This document shows, piece by piece, positions 1 to 8,135 of a stretch of DNA of 62,830 nt. Source of the stretch: an uncultured Syntrophaceae bacterium. Its GTDB lineage: Bacteria; Desulfobacterota; Syntrophia; Syntrophales; UBA2210. The stretch is taken from NCBI GenBank assembly GCA_964540715.1, contig CAZINZ010000004.1, forward strand, positions 1 through 62,830, given 5' to 3'. The first letter of the stretch is position 1; every line of letters starts with the position of its first letter. A model generated the notes under the pieces. It had not been told where the DNA came from. It worked only from the letters and a program-made list of their open reading frames with translations, and made no database searches. A program made the position numbers and the translations under genes.

Positions 1-7
1 CAAACAA

Positions 8-68
8 GTTGCCCACGGAGGGGCAACGCTACAAGGATATAACGTAGTGCGGGGGCTCTGTCCCCCGC
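8..68. repeat. Back-to-back pair of GTAG-type REP-like hairpins
   Basis: Minus strand 32..8 reads GTAG-C-GTTGCCC-CTCCGT-GGGCAAC; plus strand 44..68 reads GTAG-T-GCGGGGG-CTCTGT-CCCCCGC. Both have GTAG, 1 nt, a 7-bp stem and a near-identical 6-nt loop. Confidence 0.6.
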
Positions 69-114
69 AAACAGGCGGGTCGTGGACCTGACCGGGTTCT
101 TACATAGCTCTCAA

Positions 115-546
115 TTATATATGATACAGATCGTCACTCCACACTTTTATCCAATTATCTTCCATGATTTTCAAGGTCTTCTTAGCCGATACCACACCCA
201 GTACCATGACGGTGATGTCTCCAGTTCCCATGCAGGGGTATATGTAATCAAGGTTAATATTTGCGTCTTTTAAAAGCTTTAAGACGATATTCATTCCCCC
301 GGGGTGATGCGGCATTTCGCATGCTATAACCTGTTTTGTCTTTATCTTGTATCCTGCGGATTTTAACACATTTACAGCTTTGTCGGGATCGTTGGCAACA
401 AAGTAGAACAGGCCCTTTTCTTCATGTGTTGTCGCGTAACAGCAGGCTATTATGTTAATCCTGTTATCACTCAATATATCACTGATATCCGATAGTTGTC
501 CTGGTACATTGTTCAACCAGAGTTCGATTTGTTTTACCGTTTTCAC
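115..546 (-). CDS. ACT domain-containing protein (tandem ACT, amino-acid-binding regulator type)
   Basis: 143 aa; N-terminal 'VKQIELWLNNVPGQLSDI' and second repeat 'IACEMPHHPGGMNIVL' fit the tandem ACT family; start overlaps the gamma-subunit stop. Confidence 0.8.
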   Translation of the reverse strand: MKTVKQIELWLNNVPGQLSDISDILSDNRINIIACCYATTHEEKGLFYFVANDPDKAVNVLKSAGYKIKTKQVIACEMPHHPGGMNIVLKLLKDANINLDYIYPCMGTGDITVMVLGVVSAKKTLKIMEDNWIKVWSDDLYHI

Positions 547-1100
547 TATGAAGCTCCCTTTAAAATATATTCAGCGCCTTCGTCCAGACCCTTGCGATTC
601 AATTTCATTATGCCGGTTTTCCCGCCCTTCACGATTTCTGAAAGCCCGTTCATTATTGAGTCAAGAGACGTTATCTTTGTATGGGCCACAAATGCACCCA
701 GCATAACCATATTTACAACGCGTTCACTGCCCAGCTTCTTAGCGATGTCAATGGCAGGTATCTTTATGGCAGTCAGGTTGTCTCTTGTCAATTCTCTGTC
801 CACGTGATTTGAATTTAGAAAGATAACGCCACCTTCTCTCATCGTGCCCTCATATTTAAGCAGAGAAGGTTTGTTCATAATCACCGCTAAATCGGGCGAA
901 GACGCTACAGGAGAGAAGATCTCTTCATCCGAAACAACGACTGTGCAATTTGCCGTGCCTCCACGCATCTCCGCACCGTAGGCAGGAAGGTAGGTTACTT
1001 CTCTGCCGTCGCGCATTGCCGCCACCGCGAAAACATAACCCATCATCAGGACACCCTGTCCGCCGAATCCCGCAAAGACAGTTTTTTTCATAAGAGCCAA
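546..1100 (-). CDS. 2-oxoacid:ferredoxin oxidoreductase gamma subunit
   Basis: Motifs 'AGFGGQGV', 'PAYGAEMRGGTANC', 'NMVMLGA'. Confidence 0.93.
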   Translation of the reverse strand: MALMKKTVFAGFGGQGVLMMGYVFAVAAMRDGREVTYLPAYGAEMRGGTANCTVVVSDEEIFSPVASSPDLAVIMNKPSLLKYEGTMREGGVIFLNSNHVDRELTRDNLTAIKIPAIDIAKKLGSERVVNMVMLGAFVAHTKITSLDSIMNGLSEIVKGGKTGIMKLNRKGLDEGAEYILKGAS

Positions 1101-1106
1101 CCCTCT

Positions 1107-1850
1107 TTAACTTGTTTCGTCTTTTATAATCTTAAGGGGAAATGTCTGCATAACACTGTCATCTATCCACCTGCAGGCATCTACCGGAGACATTTTCCAG
1201 TTGGTAGGGCAGGGCGAAAGAATCTCGACAAGTGAAAATCCCAGACCCGCCATCTGTATCTTGAAGGCTTTTGTAATGGCCTTTTTGGTTTTTCTTATGT
1301 TTTTTATGGAATTTACCGCTGTTCGTTCTATATAGACAGCTCCACGTGTTATTGCCAGCATTTCGCTCAAATCGATAGGGGTTCCATCACGATTTTTATC
1401 GCGACCGCCTGGCGTGGTGGTAGAATTCTGGCCGAGCAGGGTGGTTGGAGCCATCTGCCCACCCGTCATACCGTAACAATTGTTATTGACAAAAATAACG
1501 GTAATATTTTCACCCCTGTTGGCTGCGTGGATAGTTTCAGCGGTTCCGATAGCAGCTATATCTCCGTCGCCCTGATAGGAAAACACTATTCTGTCAGGGA
1601 GAATACGTTTTAGCCCGGTAGCCAGCGCCGCGCCTCTTCCGTGAGGAGCCTCTCCCATATCTATGTCAAAGTAATCATAGGCCAGTACCGCGCAACCGGC
1701 CGGAGGAACACCGATTGTTTTTTCGCCTATGTCAAGTTCTTCAATAACTTCAGCCACCAATCGATGGATAATACTGTGCCCACATCCGGGACAGTAGTGA
1801 AACGGCGCCTCCTTCATATATTCTGGCCTTTTAAAGACAACCTTTTCCAT
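1107..1850 (-). CDS. 2-oxoacid:ferredoxin oxidoreductase beta subunit (TPP-binding, Vor/Kor type)
   Basis: Motifs 'YCPGCGH', 'YQGDGD', 'NNNCYGMTGGQMAPTT', 'LSPCPTNW'. Confidence 0.93.
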   Translation of the reverse strand: MEKVVFKRPEYMKEAPFHYCPGCGHSIIHRLVAEVIEELDIGEKTIGVPPAGCAVLAYDYFDIDMGEAPHGRGAALATGLKRILPDRIVFSYQGDGDIAAIGTAETIHAANRGENITVIFVNNNCYGMTGGQMAPTTLLGQNSTTTPGGRDKNRDGTPIDLSEMLAITRGAVYIERTAVNSIKNIRKTKKAITKAFKIQMAGLGFSLVEILSPCPTNWKMSPVDACRWIDDSVMQTFPLKIIKDETS

Positions 1851-1853
1851 CTG

Positions 1854-2933
1854 TTAATCCTCTTCCAGGTGCTGGCGGTAATAGAGGCTGCTTATCACCT
1901 TGGCTATTTCATCAGGGGTTGAAACAATCCCCCCCGGCCGTCCATAGAAGTGCACGTTGCTTCTTCCCTCCAGGGATAGTTTTACATCATCCAGCATCTG
2001 TCCTGTATTCATTTCAACGACGAGGAAATCCTTAACTGATCTGCTCATTTCCCTGATGACACGTTCAGGAAAAGGCCACAGGGTAACAGGTCTTAAAAGA
2101 CCCACCCTAAGTCCCATCTCGCGCGCTCTTTTTATGCCGCCTTTGGCTATCCTTGCTGCAGTCCCGTAAGCGACAACCACAAGTTTGGCATCTTCAGTCA
2201 TGTAAGTTTCCGCATCCGCGATTTCCCTGGAAATAATCTCGTATTTTCTTGCGAGCTTCCAGTTGTGTTCTTCCATCTCCACCGTGTTCAGGATCAAGGA
2301 TTTTATTATTCTACTTGGTCTTCCATTTGCCCCGTTCAGTACCCATGGCTTGGGGGGCAGCTCAGTGAGATCGATGGGATCAGGAAAGATAACAGGTTCC
2401 ATCATCTGGCTCATCATGCCGTCGGCCAGTATCATAACAGGTGTCCGGTATCTGTCCGCGTATTCAAAGGCTTTTCTTGTGAGATCCGCTATCTCCTGGC
2501 CGTAAGCTGGAGCCAGAACTATAGTACGATAATCTCCGTGTCCTCCGCCCCTTGTAGCCTGAAAGTAATCTCCCTGAGAAGGTGCTATATTGCCGAGACC
2601 TGGCCCACCACGCATGCTGTTTACAATTACCGCGGGAAGTTCCGATGCTGCCAGAAATGATATACCCTCCTGCTTGAGGCTTATACCCGGGCTGGATGAA
2701 CTGGTCATTGCCCTCGCACCCGCCATGGATGCCCCGAGTACCATGTTTATAGCGGCGATTTCACTTTCGGCCTGAATGAAGGTGCCGTCATCCAGTTTGG
2801 CCATGGCGCTGGACATGAATTCCGGGAGTGCATTCTGCGGTGTTATGGGATAACCAGCATAAAAATTACATCCGGCGCGTATGGCTGCCTCACCGATTAC
2901 CTCGCTTCCTTTCATTAACAGCTTTTTATCCAC
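1854..2933 (-). CDS. vorB: 2-oxoacid:ferredoxin oxidoreductase alpha subunit (3-methyl-2-oxobutanoate dehydrogenase VorB-like)
   Basis: Motifs 'AGYPITPQ', 'QAESEIAAINM', 'SSSPGISLKQE', 'RGGPGLGNIAPSQGDY', 'VEMNTGQM'. Confidence 0.9.
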   Translation of the reverse strand: MDKKLLMKGSEVIGEAAIRAGCNFYAGYPITPQNALPEFMSSAMAKLDDGTFIQAESEIAAINMVLGASMAGARAMTSSSSPGISLKQEGISFLAASELPAVIVNSMRGGPGLGNIAPSQGDYFQATRGGGHGDYRTIVLAPAYGQEIADLTRKAFEYADRYRTPVMILADGMMSQMMEPVIFPDPIDLTELPPKPWVLNGANGRPSRIIKSLILNTVEMEEHNWKLARKYEIISREIADAETYMTEDAKLVVVAYGTAARIAKGGIKRAREMGLRVGLLRPVTLWPFPERVIREMSRSVKDFLVVEMNTGQMLDDVKLSLEGRSNVHFYGRPGGIVSTPDEIAKVISSLYYRQHLEED

Positions 2934-3174
2934 GATAGACCTCTATTGCGATATCAGGGCAGATAACCGCGCACATGGCACAGCCTGTACATTTGCGATT
3001 TTTGTCGGCATTTGTTTCTGTGAATTCGGCAGGATGATACCCCTTTTCGTTTAATTCAGTAGAAATGACAATAAGCTTGCTCGGACATACCGACATGCAG
3101 AGATAACATCCCTTGCACAGTTTACTGTCGATTACTATTCTGCCTTTTTTCGGGTTCATGGTCATAAGTTCCAC
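2926..3174 (-). CDS. 2x[4Fe-4S] ferredoxin, oxidoreductase delta subunit
   Basis: CKGCYLCMSVC and CTGCAMCAVIC motifs; first gene of the operon. Confidence 0.93.
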   Translation of the reverse strand: MELMTMNPKKGRIVIDSKLCKGCYLCMSVCPSKLIVISTELNEKGYHPAEFTETNADKNRKCTGCAMCAVICPDIAIEVYRG

Positions 3175-3249
3175 TCAGATTAAATGCTATTGTGAATTTC
3201 CCGGCAACAGGGTGTAAAAAGTTGGACTTCCTTTCAAACGTAGCGTTGC

Positions 3250-3278
3250 AACATATTCTCACCATCTTGTTTTGTCAA
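3250..3278 (-). promoter_or_regulatory. Putative sigma70 promoter of the oxidoreductase operon
   Basis: Minus strand TTGACA (3278-3273), 17 nt, TATGTT (3255-3250). Confidence 0.6.
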
Positions 3279-3656
3279 GGCTTTTATTGGTACTTAGTTT
3301 TATTGGTACTGTCAGAAGCAATTAATATGTCCGGAGTTGTAGCACGTAAACTGTCCGGTTAAGATGAGTCATCGGGAGCTGACTCATGAGATGGACAGAG
3401 ATACTATCTGATAAATCAGACGATGCTGAATATTTATTCGACGTGAATATGCGCCGGCTAAATCACCTGTCAGTTTTTCATAAGGAGGTGGAACTTTATA
3501 TGGGTTTTTGCGCAGGATATTAATCAATGCTTCAGCTTTCTGTTTGAGGCCGGAAGCAGATAGTTTAGTTGCATCCCTCCTCAGGAATCAGTTGCAGGTT
3601 TGTTCAGGAATGGGTGGCAGGTTTGGGCAAGAATCTGCAAAGAATGTCGAAATTAT

Positions 3657-4262
3657 CTATTGCCCCGCAGCGGTCGCAACCGTTTCATTTGTCCTGTTGT
3701 ACTCCAGAATTTCGGCGAAACAGTTATCCGGTCCAAGAAGAGATTCGATGTTTGCGGGAGAAAAGGGACAGAAACGAAACAGACGATCCTCCATTTTTTT
3801 TGTTTTTTCATAGAGTATCTGAATATATTCCCTGCTCTTTGAGTCTGTTCCATATCTTTCGATTATGTAATCTTTTCGTTGTGAGAGGGTTGCCACTTTG
3901 TCGTGAACCACACGTTTATCCGCGTAATTAACCACATCCGCTTCTGTCGGACTGTCGGAGGCGAAGTATTCGCTCAGACGAACATGTTGTCCGACGATGT
4001 TTCCAACTTCGGGATAACCCAGGTTGATGAGCAACTCTTGTCCAGTCTGTGCGTGATTCTCATGGGTCTGGATGCTTCTCGTTTTGGTTATATCGTGCAT
4101 CAATGCAGCAGCCTGGACAAGGTCCGGGTTGAGGTTTGTCTCAATGGACCTCGTGAGGAACATGGCTACGCGGCAGACCTGAAGTGAGTGGGCCACGATA
4201 TGGTCCATCATTTCCATTTCATACATGATATGAAAACATTCGTGCCTGGTTGGTATCCGCAT
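3657..4262 (-). CDS. HD (HDIG) domain phosphohydrolase
   Basis: 'HIVAHS...AALMHDITK...HA..G...HV...ADKRV' HD motifs; start taken at MRIPTRHEC (the ORF track extends to GTG 4286). Confidence 0.85.
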   Translation of the reverse strand: MRIPTRHECFHIMYEMEMMDHIVAHSLQVCRVAMFLTRSIETNLNPDLVQAAALMHDITKTRSIQTHENHAQTGQELLINLGYPEVGNIVGQHVRLSEYFASDSPTEADVVNYADKRVVHDKVATLSQRKDYIIERYGTDSKSREYIQILYEKTKKMEDRLFRFCPFSPANIESLLGPDNCFAEILEYNRTNETVATAAGQ

Positions 4263-4354
4263 ATATGCCCGTCCTTTGTGATGCACTTTGTAACAGAAAG
4301 ATTAAAAAAATGCGAGGCAGATCTTCTGGTCACACTGACAGTAAGGGGGATGGT

Positions 4355-4780
4355 TTAAAAAAAGCCGTTTCCGAATGAAAGAGTTCCACGCTCGCCGGTG
4401 AGTCTTGTGTCTATGTGTGTGGGTGGAAATGTTGTGCCGTACATGCCGGCAGCGGTTGCCACGGAATCGCCCATTTCCAGGGCGTTCGCATCAAGATCAT
4501 GGGCAATTAAGGAACATCCGAATTTTTCTTTAAAATATGGCGCCGAACCGATGTGATCTATGTGACAATGGGTTAGGATCAGCGTTGATATTCTGGCTGG
4601 GTCCCTGTCGAGGGCTTTTATATTTTTCACAAGTCGATGCGAAGTCCTGCCCGCTCCGGAATCAATCATAATCAACTCATCACTGCAATCGATAATAAAA
4701 GAGGTTGCGTCCTCCGGGTGTGATATGTCGGGTCCCCCTGTTATATATACGCAATCGGCAATTTTTCTCTCCTGTTTCAT
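4355..4780 (-). pseudogene. C-terminally truncated metallo-beta-lactamase-fold hydrolase
   Basis: 141 aa with 'IDSGAG' and 'THCHIDHIG' motifs, but stops before the downstream H(T)PGH and D/H metal ligands; I found no continuation in the other two frames. Confidence 0.65.
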
Positions 4781-4796
4781 GATGATTCACCACTTC

Positions 4797-4841
4797 ATTT
4801 CATGTAAAGGGTGTTATTTTGAATGTTAATAATGACTCAAC
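4797..4841. repeat. 45-bp exact direct repeat, copy 1
   Basis: ATTTCATGTAAAGGGTGTTATTTTGAATGTTAATAATGACTCAAC, identical to 5275-5319. Confidence 0.97.
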
Positions 4842-4885
4842 ATAAGATTGCTGGTTGATCCGGCATGGTTACTTTTTCAAAAGAA

Positions 4886-4913
4886 ACCCGGGAAGTAGCT
4901 GCGCTTCCCGGGT
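4886..4913 (-). terminator. Intrinsic terminator
   Basis: 10-bp perfect stem ACCCGGGAAG/CTTCCCGGGT, 8-nt loop, followed on the minus strand by TTCTTTT. Confidence 0.8.
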
Positions 4914-5015
4914 AAGAATGTGCTCGCCGATCAGGATTTCGTCGGACTTGATTTAGCCGGCCTTACAGGGTTTAAGCTCGAATCGGAGGAGGTTTGATTC
5001 GTTCTTGAGTAATTA

Positions 5016-5197
5016 GTACAGCAAACTTCGTGTCAGAGATCGGGTGTCTGTCTAAGTGTCTGAAATATAGTTATCCTTTTTACAGGTACCATGATAATTG
5101 ATTTTCTGGTTACCTGGAATGGTGGAACAAAATGTCGAAATAAACCGAAGTGCATGTGAAAATACCGTAAGAAAATAAAGATCAGAGTTTGCTGTAC
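5016..5197. mobile_element. 182-bp segment bounded by a perfect 12-bp inverted repeat (MITE-like, unassigned)
   Basis: GTACAGCAAACT at 5016-5027 and AGTTTGCTGTAC at 5186-5197; no ORF spanning it and no clear target-site duplication. Confidence 0.35.
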
Positions 5198-5274
5198 AGT
5201 TGAATGGTTAAGTCGTTTAGGAAATAAGGGAGTCAAATCAATACATTAGAATTTCAATTCAATCGAGTGTCTGA

Positions 5275-5319
5275 ATTTCATGTAAAGGGTGTTATTTTGA
5301 ATGTTAATAATGACTCAAC
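5275..5319. repeat. 45-bp exact direct repeat, copy 2
   Basis: Identical to 4797-4841; runs into an 8-nt tandem array ACTCAACT-ACTCAACT-ACATAACT (5313-5336). Confidence 0.97.
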
Positions 5320-5547
5320 TACTCAACTACATAACTACTTATCGATGTCTGAACTTCATGTTCGGGAGGCCTTCGGGCAAAAAACGACATAATTGTCGAG
5401 CCGGGGAAAACGGGGCCAATCCCTTGATAGAAATAACATCGGTCCTGGAACATGGGAGATATCAGTATCTGGGCAGTCTGAATTCCGACAGAAAAGGAAA
5501 GTATATGCTGTCGTAAGGGCGCACCCATTTTTTATTATTCTGAACAA

Positions 5548-7257
5548 TTACAGAATCACATTCAATATTCCCCCGACTGCGAGGGACGATGTCAGCATTA
5601 TGCCGGTCGATTTCATAAAGTCTTTCAAGCCCAGCTCTCTGAACAGTACCACGACGGTGGCAATACATGGAAAAGACATGGTCAGGACAACGCTGCCTAC
5701 GACCATCTGTTTGGCCGTCATCGGGGATAATGCCAGCATTCCGAGAGCGGCATCCTTGCGGAGTAATCCTATAATAATCGCTGTAACCGACTCTTCTGGC
5801 AGGCCAAGTACACCCTTTATTACGGGAGCTGTGAAGTCGGCTATATAGTTGAATATTCCTGAGACAAAAAGTATGTTAATAACCAGCACCGCCGCCAATA
5901 TTATCGGGACGGCCTCTATTAGAAAACCGCGTGTCCTTCCCCAGAGCTTCTGTATGATCGTGCCCCATGGAGGGATGCGGTATGGGGGAATTTCGATGAG
6001 GAGTTCGGGGCTGAATCCCTTTAACAGTCGATTAAGAATTATTCCCAGGATTATCCACACGAGAAGCAACGTCGCATAAACGATTGCCACATATTGTCCG
6101 CCATACTTTCCAACCAGACCGAAAATCATTGCCTGGGCGGAAGCGCAGGGTACCGCTATCGATATCAGCGTTGCGGCTATGAACCGCTCCCTTTTGCTTT
6201 CAAGTACTCGTGTTGCCATTACGGCCGGCACATTGCATCCAAACCCCAGCAGGGATGGTATAATCGCGAAGCCGTGCAACCCGACTTTATGCATTGCGGT
6301 GTCGAGAAGTACCGCGAGACGTGGCAGGTACCCGGTGTCTTCAAGGATACCGAGGATAACATAAAAGGATATGATATATGGGAGTACCATGGCAAGGGGC
6401 ACATAAAGGCCGCTGCTCAACAGGCCAAAGGATTCAATGAAGTGGATTTCTCCGTCAAACAGTTTGCCTACTATGACATCATGCAACAAGCCGCTCTTCC
6501 CCATTAACGCGCTGAGTTTCATCAACGCTGGCAGCCACAGGAAATTGAATATGGGATCAAACAAATAGTTTATCAGGAATTCGCCTAAGAAGCGTATTAC
6601 TATAAAAGAGCCTGACAGGACTGCCGCGGCCATAAATATACCCGATACAGGCTTTACGCTTGCGTCCTCGAGACGTTCAAACCATCGGTGATGCCTGTGT
6701 GATCTCTGCTGTACCTGATTTGTTATATACCCTACGAAGGACCAGCGTTCATCGCGGTTTCTCACCGTAGAAGATGGTGATACGGCTTTGGAAATACCTG
6801 TTACAAGATCCTTTATTCCCTGACCGGTCAGACCTGATGTGGGGATAACAGGTATTCCGAGGATTTCGTTGAGTTTTTCAAGGTTGATGCTTATCCCGCG
6901 ATGTTTTGTGTCGTCCCACATATTCAGGGCGATTATCATGGGGATTTCCTTTTCCATTAACTGTAGTGTCAGGTAGAGATTTCTTTCGAGGTTTGTCGAG
7001 TCAACGACATTAATTACAATATCGCCCGTCTTGAGCATTTCAGAGGCAATTCTTTCGGCTTCACATGTGGGCTCAAGGGTATATGTTCCGGGCACATCAA
7101 TGATCTCAACCTGCCTGCCGTCTATTTTCATGAAACCGCTTGTATAGTTGACAGTAGTCCCGGGATAATTGGATGAGATAACGCGTACCCCCGTGAGCCG
7201 GGAAAAGACGACACTTTTGCCGACATTCGGATTGCCCATAAGCAGGATTTTCATCAT
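5548..7257 (-). CDS. feoB: Ferrous iron transporter B
   Basis: G1 'GNPNVGKS', G2 'NYPGTTV', G3 'DVPGTY', 'NMWD'; membrane part with 'GFGCNVPA' and 'PCASAQ' gate motifs. Confidence 0.95.
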   Translation of the reverse strand: MMKILLMGNPNVGKSVVFSRLTGVRVISSNYPGTTVNYTSGFMKIDGRQVEIIDVPGTYTLEPTCEAERIASEMLKTGDIVINVVDSTNLERNLYLTLQLMEKEIPMIIALNMWDDTKHRGISINLEKLNEILGIPVIPTSGLTGQGIKDLVTGISKAVSPSSTVRNRDERWSFVGYITNQVQQRSHRHHRWFERLEDASVKPVSGIFMAAAVLSGSFIVIRFLGEFLINYLFDPIFNFLWLPALMKLSALMGKSGLLHDVIVGKLFDGEIHFIESFGLLSSGLYVPLAMVLPYIISFYVILGILEDTGYLPRLAVLLDTAMHKVGLHGFAIIPSLLGFGCNVPAVMATRVLESKRERFIAATLISIAVPCASAQAMIFGLVGKYGGQYVAIVYATLLLVWIILGIILNRLLKGFSPELLIEIPPYRIPPWGTIIQKLWGRTRGFLIEAVPIILAAVLVINILFVSGIFNYIADFTAPVIKGVLGLPEESVTAIIIGLLRKDAALGMLALSPMTAKQMVVGSVVLTMSFPCIATVVVLFRELGLKDFMKSTGIMLTSSLAVGGILNVIL

Positions 7258-7493
7258 GTCTGCTTGTCCACCTCAATAAATATCTTTCCGGCCATGCCGA
7301 AACCTATAGCCACTTTTGTTGTGTCTATCCGGATAGTGACGGGTCCATGTAACAACATTGAACTTACTTTTGATATCTTTTTGCCCGTTCTGATTCCAAG
7401 AGAGTTAAGACGGTTAATCAATCCCTGTCCGCCCCTGATTTCATGTACGATGCCGCTCTCTTCTGTGTTCATATCATTCAGAGATTTAATCAC
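7254..7493 (-). CDS. feoA: Ferrous iron transport protein A
   Basis: 79 aa SH3-like FeoA pattern 'RLNSLGIRTG...GPVTI...VAIGFGMA'; 4-bp overlap with feoB. Confidence 0.92.
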   Translation of the reverse strand: MIKSLNDMNTEESGIVHEIRGGQGLINRLNSLGIRTGKKISKVSSMLLHGPVTIRIDTTKVAIGFGMAGKIFIEVDKQT

Positions 7494-7666
7494 TATATAC
7501 AGTTTTCCTTCCTTGAAACAATCAGAGGACAGGCAACTTCAAGCCCCATAACTCAAAGGATCCTGTCCCCATATTCTGACATGCTACCACATCTACACGA
7601 CTATATGTAAGTGGTGGTACAAAAATGTTTGTTTGTAATGATTGTTCGAATCAGGCCGGTGTTTGG

Positions 7667-7867
7667 CTAAGCTGGCATAACATTTTTTGCCTGTAAACCG
7701 CGGTTGGTTTCCTCCACATCAAAGATAACTTCGTCACCTTCGACAATTGTCTTGAAACCGTCCATGTTAATCGAAGAATAATGCACGAATAAATCCTGAC
7801 CATCTTCCTGTTGAATAAAACCGAACCCTTTCTTCTCATTAAACCATTTTACGATTCCCTTTGCCAA
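7667..7867 (-). CDS. csp: Cold-shock protein (CspA family)
   Basis: 'KGIVKWFNEKKGFGFI...DLFVHYS'; TTG start at 7867 behind an AGGAGG SD gives 66 aa. Confidence 0.95.
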   Translation of the reverse strand: MAKGIVKWFNEKKGFGFIQQEDGQDLFVHYSSINMDGFKTIVEGDEVIFDVEETNRGLQAKNVMPA

Positions 7868-7921
7868 GATCACAATCCTCCTTCTTAAAAGTAATTGTCG
7901 CCCCCACCCCAAACACACGAA

Positions 7922-7950
7922 TTCATATATTGTGTTATGTTGCTCGTCAA
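7922..7950 (-). promoter_or_regulatory. Putative sigma70 promoter of csp
   Basis: Minus strand TTGACG, 17 nt, TATGAA. Confidence 0.5.
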
Positions 7951-8135
7951 GAAAAAAGTGCCTTAATTTTTTCTAAAATTGCGTAATTCCTGTTCTTTTA
8001 ATATCCACAAGGTCGACAGGGTAATAAACAGGTTTTGTGACTTGCCTTTTTATCGATCGTATTATAAACCTGACACAATTATGCAATGGCCGTACCGCAA
8101 ATTCTTGTACTTGCTGGAGGAATACAAAGACAGAA

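Noticed and set aside
3453-4961. 13-mer GCCGGCTAAATCA at 3453-3465 (+) and 4949-4961 (-), faintly like the c-di-GMP-I GGCCUAAA segment
   Set aside because: The remaining GEMM elements (GNRA-capped P2, GCAAA) are absent, and one 13-bp match among local intergenic DNA is not clearly beyond chance.
5341-5547. Possible riboswitch (Moco-like GCCUCCCG, cobalamin-like) or small ORFs downstream of feoB
   Set aside because: Only isolated sub-motifs; the ORFs 5301-5516, 5319-5528 and 5356-5547 lack an SD and protein-like features.
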